A stretch of 7,725 nt of DNA, from IMG/VR virus record IMGVR_UViG_2778261422_000002; one strand, 5' to 3'. Under the pieces are notes generated by a model. The model was not told where the DNA came from and ran no database searches. It saw nothing but the letters and a program-made list of their open reading frames with translations. Of the stretch, positions 1-6,565 are shown piece after piece (position 1 is the first letter of the stretch; the number at the start of each line of letters is the position of its first letter). A program made the position numbers and the translations under genes. This DNA comes from a virus (Duplodnaviria > Heunggongvirae > Uroviricota > Caudoviricetes).

Positions 1-18
1 GCCCAGCCCAGCCCAGCC
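1..18. repeat. Pentanucleotide tandem repeat (GCCCA)x3 plus GCC, truncated by the window edge
   Basis: Read directly: gcccagcccagcccagcc at positions 1-18. Its full extent is unknown because the window starts inside it. Confidence 0.6.
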
Positions 19-134
19 AATGTAGCCTTTGATTTACAAATTGTTACATATATTGTTCATCAAATTTCATCATTATCAGAGATTAACAAGCACTGGCAAA
101 GGTTGTCACTCAGTAATATTCCCTAACATTCACT

Positions 135-154
135 ATTATTCACCATTATTCACC
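135..154. repeat. Perfect 10-bp tandem direct repeat ATTATTCACC x2
   Basis: Read directly: attattcacc at 135-144 and again at 145-154, in the AT-rich region upstream of the AlpA-like gene. Possible protein-binding site (operator or recombinase arm-type site). Confidence 0.6.
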
Positions 155-155
155 A

Positions 156-170
156 TTCAAATTATTTGAA
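156..170. promoter_or_regulatory. Near-perfect palindrome TTCAAA-tta-TTTGAA, candidate operator
   Basis: Read directly: ttcaaa (156-161) and tttgaa (165-170) are reverse complements around a 3-nt centre, immediately after the tandem repeat. Function inferred only. Confidence 0.3.
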
Positions 171-281
171 TAAGTTTGAAGGTGTCATTCTTTACGTATT
201 AATTCTTCTGTGCAAGTATATATACACCCAATAGAGACTAATTAAGTCTTAGTATAAATATCTAATGTGAAGGACATAGCC

Positions 282-509
282 ATGAGCTTATTGCCTCGGG
301 AAAACGCACCCCAAAAAAACTATAGACTTCTGAGAATATCTGAAGTGATTAATTTGACTGGCTTACCCAAGTCAACAATTTATCTAAAGATAAAGAATGA
401 TGAATTTCCGAACCAAGTTTCTATCGGTTCTCGTTCTGTTGCATGGGTGGAGCATGAAGTTAATGAATGGATAGAGAAAAATATTCTCAATAGAAAATTA
501 AACTCCTAA
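282..509 (+). CDS. alpA: AlpA-family phage transcriptional regulator (excisionase-like HTH), 75 aa from ATG 282
   Basis: Translation MSLLPRENAPQKNYRLLRISEVINLTGLPKSTIYLKIKNDEFPNQVSIGSRSVAWVEHEVNEWIEK has the AlpA/MerR-like HTH pattern (compare E. coli AlpA, 70 aa, recalled). AAGGA at 270-274 lies 7 nt before ATG 282; the ORF-track GTG at 267 has no ribosome-binding site. Stop TAA 507-509. Confidence 0.8.
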   Translation: MSLLPRENAPQKNYRLLRISEVINLTGLPKSTIYLKIKNDEFPNQVSIGSRSVAWVEHEVNEWIEKNILNRKLNS

Positions 510-526
510 ATTGAGGTGGCAATTAT

Positions 527-1387
527 ATGATTGACAATGTTTTTAAGAAAAAACTGGCATCAATTAAGAACGAACATGTGTCGGTGTTAGATAGTTACAA
601 AGTAAGCCCATTTAAAGAAACTCATAGCGACATAGCCTGTATTGTGCGTATTATCGAAATCTATTCACTGAATAAGCTGCGTGCTATAGGTGAAAAGCTG
701 TATTCACTTACGGGGTTAACAGTACCTGATACGGAAGCTGTGGCGAATGAGATCAACCTGCTCCTGACCCGTTATGCCCAGTTGTGTCGTCAGGAAGAGG
801 AAGAGTTATCTTTTCGGCAGCGTGAAGTGACAAATGCGGAAGTTGCATGGAAAAGCACATCCTCAAAAAACGGCGTCAGTAGCATTGCTGAAGCCAAAAC
901 GAATAAAACGGGGCATGCTGAACGAGCGGATGCTGAACGGTGTTATCATCTGGCTGTTTCCCGGCTGAATGAGCAACATAGCCGACTGAGCACAATCAAG
1001 CTTTTACCGGGCGTACTGGCCGATGAAGTTAACTACATTGGTAAGGGAGTTGAGAAGCGTTTACTGAACATATTTCCTCAATCCGGCCAGATCCCTGCTG
1101 ATTTTATTTCTGTTTTTAATGACGGTGACGTTGTCCGTGATATTAAATTTATTACAGATGCACTCAAATCTTTGTCTGATTCTGTGAGTGAAATTATTAG
1201 CCGTTGTAGCGTTCCAACTGATCGTTATGTATTAAATAACGGTGGAATGGCAAGAGCTATGGCTTACAGGGAGTACTATCGAGCAGATAATTATGTATTA
1301 CGTTCAGTCGTAAGTGACCGGGATTATGTTGAGCATGTAATGAAATACAATCGGGTTACTGAGTACAAAAATAAAATCTTTTCTTAA
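527..1387 (+). CDS. Hypothetical protein, 286 aa; candidate scaffold or capsid-morphogenesis partner of the downstream capsid homolog (function not recognised)
   Basis: Long ORF with GAGGTGG (513-519) 7 nt before ATG 527, starting 17 nt after the alpA stop and ending 22 nt before the capsid gene, so operon-like. Central region is charged and helix-like. Same position and similar size as P2 gpO (scaffold, 284 aa) relative to gpN, but I see no sequence similarity to recalled gpO or Sid. Confidence 0.7.
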   Translation: MIDNVFKKKLASIKNEHVSVLDSYKVSPFKETHSDIACIVRIIEIYSLNKLRAIGEKLYSLTGLTVPDTEAVANEINLLLTRYAQLCRQEEEELSFRQREVTNAEVAWKSTSSKNGVSSIAEAKTNKTGHAERADAERCYHLAVSRLNEQHSRLSTIKLLPGVLADEVNYIGKGVEKRLLNIFPQSGQIPADFISVFNDGDVVRDIKFITDALKSLSDSVSEIISRCSVPTDRYVLNNGGMARAMAYREYYRADNYVLRSVVSDRDYVEHVMKYNRVTEYKNKIFS

Positions 1388-1409
1388 ATACTTAAAAAGG
1401 TGAAAAACT

Positions 1410-2414
1410 ATGTATGCCTTCAAAACTGAAAGGCCGGACGCAGCACGTCGTTATCATAATAAATTCGTCACTGGCACTAACTATCAGGAAGAATCAAACA
1501 GACGCTTTGAATTAAGCGAACCCACTGAAAATATACTGCGTACCTCAATTCTGGAATCCGGGTGGCTTATTAAAAATATCACCCTACGTGATGTTAACGC
1601 CGTGTCAGGTAATGCCGTCAATATTGGTGCCAGTGAACTGCATACCGGACGTGTGGATGGTGGCCGTTTCCACAAAAAAATGGCAATCAATGGTACGGAG
1701 TTCTTTCTGACAGAGACGGATACCTGCGCCCGGATCAGCTATTCCGATATGTCTCATATTTACCATACCGGTGTGCCGGATGAGTTTGAGAAAACGGTTG
1801 AGAGCTTTTTTGCTCAGGCATATGCGCTGGACATGCTGCGGGTCGGTTTCAATGGTGTGTCGATTGCAAATACTACAAACCCGGAAATCAATAAAAAAGG
1901 CGAGGATGTCAATATTGGCTGGCATGCACTGGCGAAAGCCTACGGGAACGGAAAGCAAATCATCTCTGAGCCTGTCACTCTGGGAGAGACTGGCACCTGG
2001 AAAAATATTGATTCTCTGGCCAACCATCTGATTACTGAGCTTATTGCTGAGCAGTTTCGTGAAGATCCCCGTCTGGTTGTACTGGTTGGGGCAGAGCTGG
2101 CAGCACATCAACGCCTGAAGTTATTTAATGCCGCAGACCGCCCGGCTGATGTGAATGCTGCACAGATGGCTACAAGTTCTGTTGCTGGCCGCTTTGCGTT
2201 TATTCCCCCGTTTATGCCGGGTAAGCGTCTGGCAGTAACGACGCTGGATAATCTGCATATTTACACTCAGGCGATAACACGGTGGTTTCGTGCTGAGTTT
2301 GATGATGAAAACAGTGAATACGTACATTCCTACCTGCGCAATGAAGGCTATGCACTCGGTGAACCTGAACTGTACGCGGCTGTTGATGAGAGCGCCCTGA
2401 CGTTTGCTGATTGA
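1410..2414 (+). CDS. P2 gpN-family major capsid protein homolog (Phage_cap_P2-like), 334 aa
   Basis: AAGGTGA (1397-1403) 6 nt before ATG 1410. Blocks matching recalled P2 gpN: LDMLRVGFNGV vs LDFIMAGFNGV; NIGW vs AVGW; LITELIAEQFREDPRLVVLVGAELAA vs LIEPWYQEDPDLVVIVGRQLLA; TTLDNLHIYT vs TKLENLSIYY. Colinear over most of the length. Based on memory of the P2 sequence, not a search. Confidence 0.75.
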   Translation: MYAFKTERPDAARRYHNKFVTGTNYQEESNRRFELSEPTENILRTSILESGWLIKNITLRDVNAVSGNAVNIGASELHTGRVDGGRFHKKMAINGTEFFLTETDTCARISYSDMSHIYHTGVPDEFEKTVESFFAQAYALDMLRVGFNGVSIANTTNPEINKKGEDVNIGWHALAKAYGNGKQIISEPVTLGETGTWKNIDSLANHLITELIAEQFREDPRLVVLVGAELAAHQRLKLFNAADRPADVNAAQMATSSVAGRFAFIPPFMPGKRLAVTTLDNLHIYTQAITRWFRAEFDDENSEYVHSYLRNEGYALGEPELYAAVDESALTFAD

Positions 2415-2427
2415 CTTCGCGACAGAA

Positions 2428-2454
2428 AGACCCGCTCAGAAGCGGGTCTCGTTT
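2428..2454 (+). terminator. Stem-loop after the capsid gene (9-bp stem AGACCCGCT / AGCGGGTCT, loop CAGA) with a weak U-tract
   Basis: Read directly: 2428-2436 pairs with 2441-2449, followed by cgtttac. Lies 14 nt after the capsid stop (2412-2414). The T-run is short, so this may be a weak terminator or an RNA-stability hairpin. Confidence 0.3.
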
Positions 2455-2552
2455 ACAGCATCAGGAAAAATGAAGAACTATTTTTAAGCAGAGGCTTAAG
2501 CATGCCAGCGTTAATTAATCCAGGCAATGTTCAGTTTTCGGTTATAAATTTC

Positions 2553-2582
2553 TTGCCTCACCAGGAATGCGCGGGATATAGT
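2553..2582 (+). promoter_or_regulatory. Candidate sigma70 promoter: -35 TTGCCT (2553-2558), -10 TATAGT (2577-2582), 18-bp spacer
   Basis: Hexamers read directly; predicted start near 2587-2590. This would drive the short terminated transcript and/or the leader of the replication operon. No experimental support. Confidence 0.3.
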
Positions 2583-2587
2583 TTAAA

Positions 2588-2667
2588 GGTTGCCGCAAAA
2601 TCGGCAGCCGGGCGTAGGAACCCGTGTAATCTAACGGCGACACAACACGCGCCAGGCGTGTTTTTTT
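2588..2667 (+). ncRNA. Putative small terminated RNA of about 80 nt, possible analogue of the P4 CI immunity RNA or an attenuator leader
   Basis: Region between the candidate promoter and the intrinsic terminator. It contains box1 CGTAGGAAC (2613-2621) and box2 ATCTAACGG (2629-2637), both repeated at the RBS of the downstream gene. The overlapping ORF has an implausible translation. Length and position recall the P4 CI RNA; that is an analogy, not demonstrated homology. Confidence 0.3.
2644..2667 (+). terminator. Rho-independent terminator: stem 2644-2650 / 2656-2662, loop GCCAG, U-tract to 2667
   Basis: Read directly: ACACGC (2645-2650) pairs with GCGTGT (2656-2661), then seven consecutive T (2661-2667). 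An alternative outer helix CGACACAA (2638-2645) / TTGTGTCG (2666-2673) is also possible. Confidence 0.5.
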
Positions 2668-2790
2668 GTGTCGTAGCTTTGACTCACCTAAAATTTATGG
2701 TGTGGTGGCTGACTGCATGTTTTTATTTTTTACGCCACATCATCAGAATTATGGTAGTCCAGGCGGGGCAGCTTTCGGGCTGGCCGGTAT

Positions 2791-2880
2791 CCGTTAGAGC
2801 CGGTATTCCTACCCCCGTCTGGGCTACCACCCATGAGCGTAGGAACTCCGGTGGTAGCGTTACCCGCTATCTAACGGAGG
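2791..2880 (+). promoter_or_regulatory. Leader RNA element: an upstream arm complementary to box1 and box2, plus a second box1/box2 copy overlapping the Shine-Dalgarno of the 2889 gene
   Basis: Read directly: arm CCGTTAGA (2791-2798) is the exact complement of TCTAACGG, and TTCCTAC (2806-2812) is the exact complement of GTAGGAA. Downstream copy: CGTAGGAAC at 2838-2846 and ATCTAACGG at 2869-2877, whose final GG are the first two bases of GGAGG (2876-2880), 8 nt before ATG 2889. Interpretation as an RBS-sequestering switch is inference. Confidence 0.3.
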
Positions 2881-2888
2881 TTGCCATT

Positions 2889-3092
2889 ATGGCTACAGTC
2901 CCTGCTTTATCTCACCCTGAATTTACCTTTGTCTTTCTGGCTGTTCGCCGTACAGACCGTGATGCCTGTCCACGTCCTGTGCGTGTAATCGCAGACTGCG
3001 AGCATGCTGCACGCCTTAAACTTGCCACTGAATTTATCCTGAGCTTTGCTGCCCGTATCCCTGTGAAAAGTGCCGGGGAGGTGGTTGCATGA
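2889..3092 (+). CDS. Small hypothetical protein, 67 aa, first gene of the replication operon
   Basis: GGAGG (2876-2880) 8 nt before ATG 2889; stop TGA 3090-3092 overlaps the next start as ATGA. The ORF-track ORF 2502-3092 is this gene plus an upstream in-frame extension that I consider non-coding. Confidence 0.5.
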   Translation: MATVPALSHPEFTFVFLAVRRTDRDACPRPVRVIADCEHAARLKLATEFILSFAARIPVKSAGEVVA

Positions 3093-3325
3093 AATCCATG
3101 AATTTTAAGCAAGGCTGCATATTGAGCGAACTGGGTGAGAGTCGTCTGTTACGGGCGGCACTGGCCAGTGAGTTTCTTGCAGAGGTCCTGTCCGTTCCCA
3201 CAGTGAATGGAGCGAGAACTGTTTCCGCGGAAGGCGCTGCGGCTTTAGTGGCCTGTATTGCCGAACAACTGGATGGCGTTGTTAAGGAAACCAGCACAAT
3301 TAAGGGAGAGATGCGCGATGAATAA
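3089..3325 (+). CDS. Small hypothetical protein, 78 aa (possibly epsilon-like by position; not recognised by sequence)
   Basis: GGGGAGG at 3075-3081, 7 nt before ATG 3089, which overlaps the upstream stop (ATGA). The translation is rich in Ala, Leu and Glu and looks helical. The positional analogy to the P4 left operon is inference. Confidence 0.5.
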   Translation: MKSMNFKQGCILSELGESRLLRAALASEFLAEVLSVPTVNGARTVSAEGAAALVACIAEQLDGVVKETSTIKGEMRDE

Positions 3326-3728
3326 TAATCAAAATTTAAAGGCGCATGCTTTACGAACAGCAGTCTTACGGTACTACATTGCTGATGCATTCATTTCCTT
3401 AATGGAGCGTGTTCATAATGAACCTGTTTATATTGAAGATGGCGAACGAATAGAACTCACCCACGAAAAAGTGGTGAGCAATATTATTTACCATATTGAA
3501 ATGCCGTGGGTGAATGAGTTTGGGGCTGATGCTGGTTGCATACTGGCCGCAGAGAAACTGGAAAAAATGCTTAAACCAGGCTTTATGTCAGAAAATATTC
3601 GCCTGTCAGTTTTTGGTGTCACAGAGATGCGTGAGGTTTACCGGGATATTATTTTCGGTGCACCTGATGGCGAACTACCCGAAGGTTTTGAATTTGTGAA
3701 GCCGGAAGGTCAGGAGGTGCTGCTGTGA
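3318..3728 (+). CDS. Hypothetical protein, 136 aa from ATG 3318, immediately upstream of and coupled to the primase
   Basis: AAGGGAGAG (3302-3310) 7 nt before ATG 3318; the ORF-track start at 3258 lacks an RBS and overlaps the preceding gene. Stop TGA 3726-3728 overlaps primase start GTG 3725 (GTGA). By position it is analogous to the ORF preceding alpha in P4; no sequence identification. Confidence 0.6.
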   Translation: MNNNQNLKAHALRTAVLRYYIADAFISLMERVHNEPVYIEDGERIELTHEKVVSNIIYHIEMPWVNEFGADAGCILAAEKLEKMLKPGFMSENIRLSVFGVTEMREVYRDIIFGAPDGELPEGFEFVKPEGQEVLL

Positions 3729-6022
3729 AAACACAGTCTGTATCCACGATTTCCGGGGCTGCGACTGGGCGCTGGCCTTATATCCTGTCAGCATTAGGTA
3801 TCAAAGTACCGTCCGCAGGACATCATGGGGCTTGCCCTGCCTGTGGTGGCAAAGATCGCTTTCGACTGGACGATAAAGCGGGGCGTGGGACGTGGTTTTG
3901 TAATCAGTGCGGTCATGGCGATGGTCTTGATCTGGTTCGTCTGGTGACAGGAAGAAAGATAAAAGAAGCCGCCGGGATGGTATCTGAGGCGCTTGCATTA
4001 CCAGAAATACAGGAGAAGCCCGCTTTGCCCGCCAGGAAAAAGGCCGCAGGAAAAGAAGCGGGTGCGGAGCGATATACCAGACTCAGACAGCAGTCCTGCA
4101 ATGGTGAGCCGGTCTATCTGACAAACAAGGGCTTACACGGCTATTCACTTCCCTTGCTGTCACAGCCTTTGAATCTGGCCGGAATAACATTTTCCTCCGG
4201 TTCATTACTGCTGCCGTTGACGGATATCTCCGGGAATATTACTGGTGGTCAGCTTATCAATCCTGACGGGGATAAAAGTCTGCTGCCAGGTAGCCAGCTG
4301 TCTGGCGCATTCATTGCCCTGACCGATATACCCGCTGAAACACCTGAACAGGTGATTATCACTGAGGGTTTTGCCACGGCGCTTACCGTCAGTCTGCTGA
4401 CTGAAGGATGGATCGTGGCGGCTGTCGCTGCCACCAATTTACTGAAGGTGACGGAGCAGATCCGAAAACGCTGGCCGGAAACCCGGATCATTCTGGCCGG
4501 AGATAATGATCTGGCTGACGGGAAAGAAAACACCGGGCGTATTCAGGCAGAGAAAGCCGCCAAAGCGGTGGATGGCTGGGTAACGCTCCCTCCGGTACGC
4601 CATAAGGCTGACTGGGATGATTATCGGCAGGAAGTTGGGAAAGAACGGGCGAGAGATGCCTTTCGTGAAGAAATGACGCTGCATGGCAAAGGGCAGACCC
4701 GTTTACCAGAAGGGTTCCGGCTGACAAAAGAATATTTGTGGTACGACAAGCTGGTTAATAAGTCGGATGGCGATACGGAGATACGTAATATCAAAATTTG
4801 CAGTCCGTTGCGGGTGACGGCAATCACCAGTGATGCTGATGGGAGTAATTACGGGCGTTTGCTGGAATGGGAAGATACCAACGGAAACAGCCGTAAATGG
4901 GCAATGCCGATGGAGATGCTGGGTGGCAGCGGGGAAGAGCTGCGCCGCGTTCTGCTGGTTAACGGGCTTTCGTACATCAACATTAACGGCATGGCCAGAG
5001 CATTCCTGATGGAATATATCTCGCTGTGTAAACCGGACAGAAAAGTAACCTGTGTGAATAAAACGGGCTGGCACGGCGGGGTTTACGTTCTCCAGGATGA
5101 AGTGATAGGGCGCGAAGCCCAGTCAGTCATCTTACAAACATCGAGCGTGCAGGGGCGTGATTTTCGTGTCAGCGGCACATCAGCGGACTGGCGTGAAAAT
5201 ATAGGCCGTTACTGCATAAAGAATGCCCGTCTGGCCTTTGCGGTGAGTCTGGCATTTGCTGCCCCCCTTCTGAAACTGGTTGGTATCGGCGGTGGAGGTT
5301 ATCACCTCAAAGGGGAATCAACAGACGGTAAAACCACGACGATGAAAGTGGCTGCATCAGTATGTGGTGGAACAGATTTCTGGCATACGTGGCGGGCGAC
5401 GGGGAATGCCTTAGAAGGAACGGCGAGCCGCCGCAATGATGCCACGCTGATGCTGGATGAAATCCGGGAGGTTGACGGCAGGGAGGCGGGGAATATCGCT
5501 TATATGCTGGCTAACGGGCAGGGCAAAGCCAGAGCCAGAACAGATGGTTCGGTAAGGGAAACCAACCGCTGGAATCTGTTGTTTCTGTCCACCGGGGAAC
5601 TGTCACTGGTGGAACATGCGGCAAGCGCCGGGGAACGTACGTATGCCGGGGTTGAGGTCAGAATGATCCAGATCCCAAGCGATTCGGGCAAATATGGCGT
5701 GTTTGAAGAACTTCATGGCTTCAGTAGCGGGAAAAACCTGGCTGAGCATCTTGAGCAGCACGTAGCGCATTATCATGGCGCACCATTCCGCGACTGGCTG
5801 CATTGCCTGACCGCTGATCTGCCGGAACTGACCAGCCAGGCGAAAGCCTTATTGAAAGAGTACACCCGAAGGCTGACGCCGGAAAATGCCGGGAATCAGG
5901 ATGGCCGGAGGGAGAAGCCTTTCGTGCCGCTCAACGTTGTCTGGCTGCATGGATGGCTGACCGGGGCCATACAGCTAATCAGGAAGATAAAGCGGCACTT
6001 GAACAAGTACGGGACTTCATGA
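3725..6022 (+). CDS. Alpha-type bifunctional primase-helicase (zinc-ribbon, TOPRIM primase, SF3/D5-like P-loop helicase), 765 aa
   Basis: CAGGAGGTG (3711-3719) 5 nt before GTG 3725. Zinc ribbon CPACGG...CNQCGHGDG; TOPRIM motifs ITEGFATA and ILAGDND; Walker A GESTDGKTT; Walker B LMLDEI. This architecture is the hallmark of the P4 alpha / PICI pri-rep family. Size is close to P4 alpha (777 aa, recalled). Confidence 0.9.
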   Translation: MKTQSVSTISGAATGRWPYILSALGIKVPSAGHHGACPACGGKDRFRLDDKAGRGTWFCNQCGHGDGLDLVRLVTGRKIKEAAGMVSEALALPEIQEKPALPARKKAAGKEAGAERYTRLRQQSCNGEPVYLTNKGLHGYSLPLLSQPLNLAGITFSSGSLLLPLTDISGNITGGQLINPDGDKSLLPGSQLSGAFIALTDIPAETPEQVIITEGFATALTVSLLTEGWIVAAVAATNLLKVTEQIRKRWPETRIILAGDNDLADGKENTGRIQAEKAAKAVDGWVTLPPVRHKADWDDYRQEVGKERARDAFREEMTLHGKGQTRLPEGFRLTKEYLWYDKLVNKSDGDTEIRNIKICSPLRVTAITSDADGSNYGRLLEWEDTNGNSRKWAMPMEMLGGSGEELRRVLLVNGLSYININGMARAFLMEYISLCKPDRKVTCVNKTGWHGGVYVLQDEVIGREAQSVILQTSSVQGRDFRVSGTSADWRENIGRYCIKNARLAFAVSLAFAAPLLKLVGIGGGGYHLKGESTDGKTTTMKVAASVCGGTDFWHTWRATGNALEGTASRRNDATLMLDEIREVDGREAGNIAYMLANGQGKARARTDGSVRETNRWNLLFLSTGELSLVEHAASAGERTYAGVEVRMIQIPSDSGKYGVFEELHGFSSGKNLAEHLEQHVAHYHGAPFRDWLHCLTADLPELTSQAKALLKEYTRRLTPENAGNQDGRREKPFVPLNVVWLHGWLTGAIQLIRKIKRHLNKYGTS

Positions 6023-6339
6023 CGCGTAATCAGTTCAGTCGGTTTGCTGACTGGAATGACGACAGGAACCGGCCTGTTTCAATGATGGGATTCAGAAAAG
6101 TCGATAAAGGAGACAACGTAACGGAGCCGGTTGTGACGTTTTACGTTCTCCCGTCTGGCTGGAAGGAGATCTGTAAGGGATTTGATTCGCGTAAGGTGGC
6201 CAGGTTGTGTGTGGACGCGGGCTGGCTGAAACCCGGTGAAGATGGTCGGACGCAAAACAGCATTCGCCTGCCAGAAATAGGACTTAAACGTGTGTACCAG
6301 TTCAATACACAGGTACTGGGAAGCGCCGAACCGGAGTAA
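6019..6339 (+). CDS. 106-aa ORF coupled to the primase stop (ATGA at 6019-6022), or a primase C-terminal domain separated by a -1 frameshift
   Basis: ATG 6019-6021 overlaps primase stop TGA 6020-6022. The same frame is open from 5818 and contains an earlier ATG at 5953 (the ORF-track start) with no clear RBS. The translation (FYVLPSGWKEICKGFDSRKVARLCVDAGWLKPGEDGRTQNSIRLPEIGLKRVY) looks like a small basic DNA-binding domain and ends 27 bp before the iterons. Confidence 0.45.
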   Translation: MTRNQFSRFADWNDDRNRPVSMMGFRKVDKGDNVTEPVVTFYVLPSGWKEICKGFDSRKVARLCVDAGWLKPGEDGRTQNSIRLPEIGLKRVYQFNTQVLGSAEPE

Positions 6340-6365
6340 TTATCGCGTGAGTCTTATTTTTATGA

Positions 6366-6554
6366 GGTAACACTGGTAACAGAGGTAACGCCTGCTACTG
6401 ATGCGGTTCTTCAGTGTTACCAGTCAAAAATACTGACTGGTAACACTGGTAACAAAAAATGGTGTGTTACCACGCGTTACCTCTTGATTATGCTAACTGG
6501 TAACGGATTAAGTCCTTTTAAATCAATAACGTTACACGTGTTACCAGTGTTACA
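6366..6554. repeat. Iteron array: at least 10 copies of GGTAAC/GTTACC in both orientations plus 2 GTTACA variants; probable replication origin
   Basis: Read directly: GGTAAC at 6366, 6375, 6384, 6439, 6448 and 6499; GTTACC at 6416, 6466, 6476 and 6540; GTTACA at 6531 and 6549. Several sit in the longer unit CACTGGTAACA or its complement. P4 ori and crr consist of short iterons (type I TGTTCACC, recalled) bound by the alpha C-terminal domain; here the core is TGTTACC. Confidence 0.6.
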
Positions 6555-6565
6555 CGTTTAGAACA

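Noticed and set aside
267-281. GTG start at 267 for the AlpA-like gene
   Set aside because: No Shine-Dalgarno precedes it, whereas AAGGA sits 7 nt before ATG 282; the 75-aa product matches AlpA size better.
1484-2327. Minus-strand ORFs 1484-1690, 1605-2111 and 2121-2327, and plus-strand alternate-frame ORF 1771-2031
   Set aside because: All lie entirely inside the capsid-homolog gene, have no RBS context and give low-complexity translations; they are shadow ORFs of the strongly supported + strand gene.
2666-2700. Second promoter after the terminator (-35 TTGTGT 2666-2671, -10 TAAAAT 2689-2694, 17-bp spacer)
   Set aside because: The -35 is a poor match (3 of 6) and overlaps the terminator U-tract; kept only as a possibility for how the downstream operon is transcribed if the short RNA is a separate unit.
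2752-2830. tRNA-like element (ends TGGTAG / CTACCA could form an acceptor-like stem around about 78 nt)
   Set aside because: No T-loop GTTCGA-type motif and no recognisable D or anticodon arm; more likely part of the leader RNA structure. Could be rechecked with tRNA and tmRNA covariance models.
2502-2888. 5' portion of ORF-track ORF 2502-3092 (196 aa) as a protein-coding gene
   Set aside because: The translation is Cys/Trp-rich and looks non-protein-like, the frame runs straight through an intrinsic terminator (2644-2667), and a much better start with GGAGG exists at 2889. The stop-free frame is somewhat unusual (129 codons), so a short upstream peptide such as a kil-like gene is not fully excluded.
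3258-3317. Upstream start at 3258 for the 136-aa gene
   Set aside because: No RBS, and it overlaps 68 nt of the preceding ORF; AAGGGAGAG precedes ATG 3318.
2912-5803. Minus-strand and alternate-frame ORFs inside the small-gene/primase operon (for example 3034-3390, 3514-3699, 3801-3998, 4249-4533, 4703-5074, 5500-5691, 5603-5803)
   Set aside because: They overlap a primase-helicase reading frame carrying clear catalytic motifs and yield Ser/Pro/Arg-rich translations typical of antisense frames of GC-balanced coding DNA.
5953-6018. ATG 5953 as the start of the post-primase ORF
   Set aside because: No RBS, and it would overlap 70 nt of the primase gene; ATG 6019 in an ATGA overlap with the primase stop is the more typical coupled start. 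The frameshift alternative is kept as a finding.
6366-6554. CRISPR array
   Set aside because: The repeats are only 6-7 bp, occur in both orientations and have irregular spacing; that fits iterons, not CRISPR repeats of 24-48 bp with uniform spacers.
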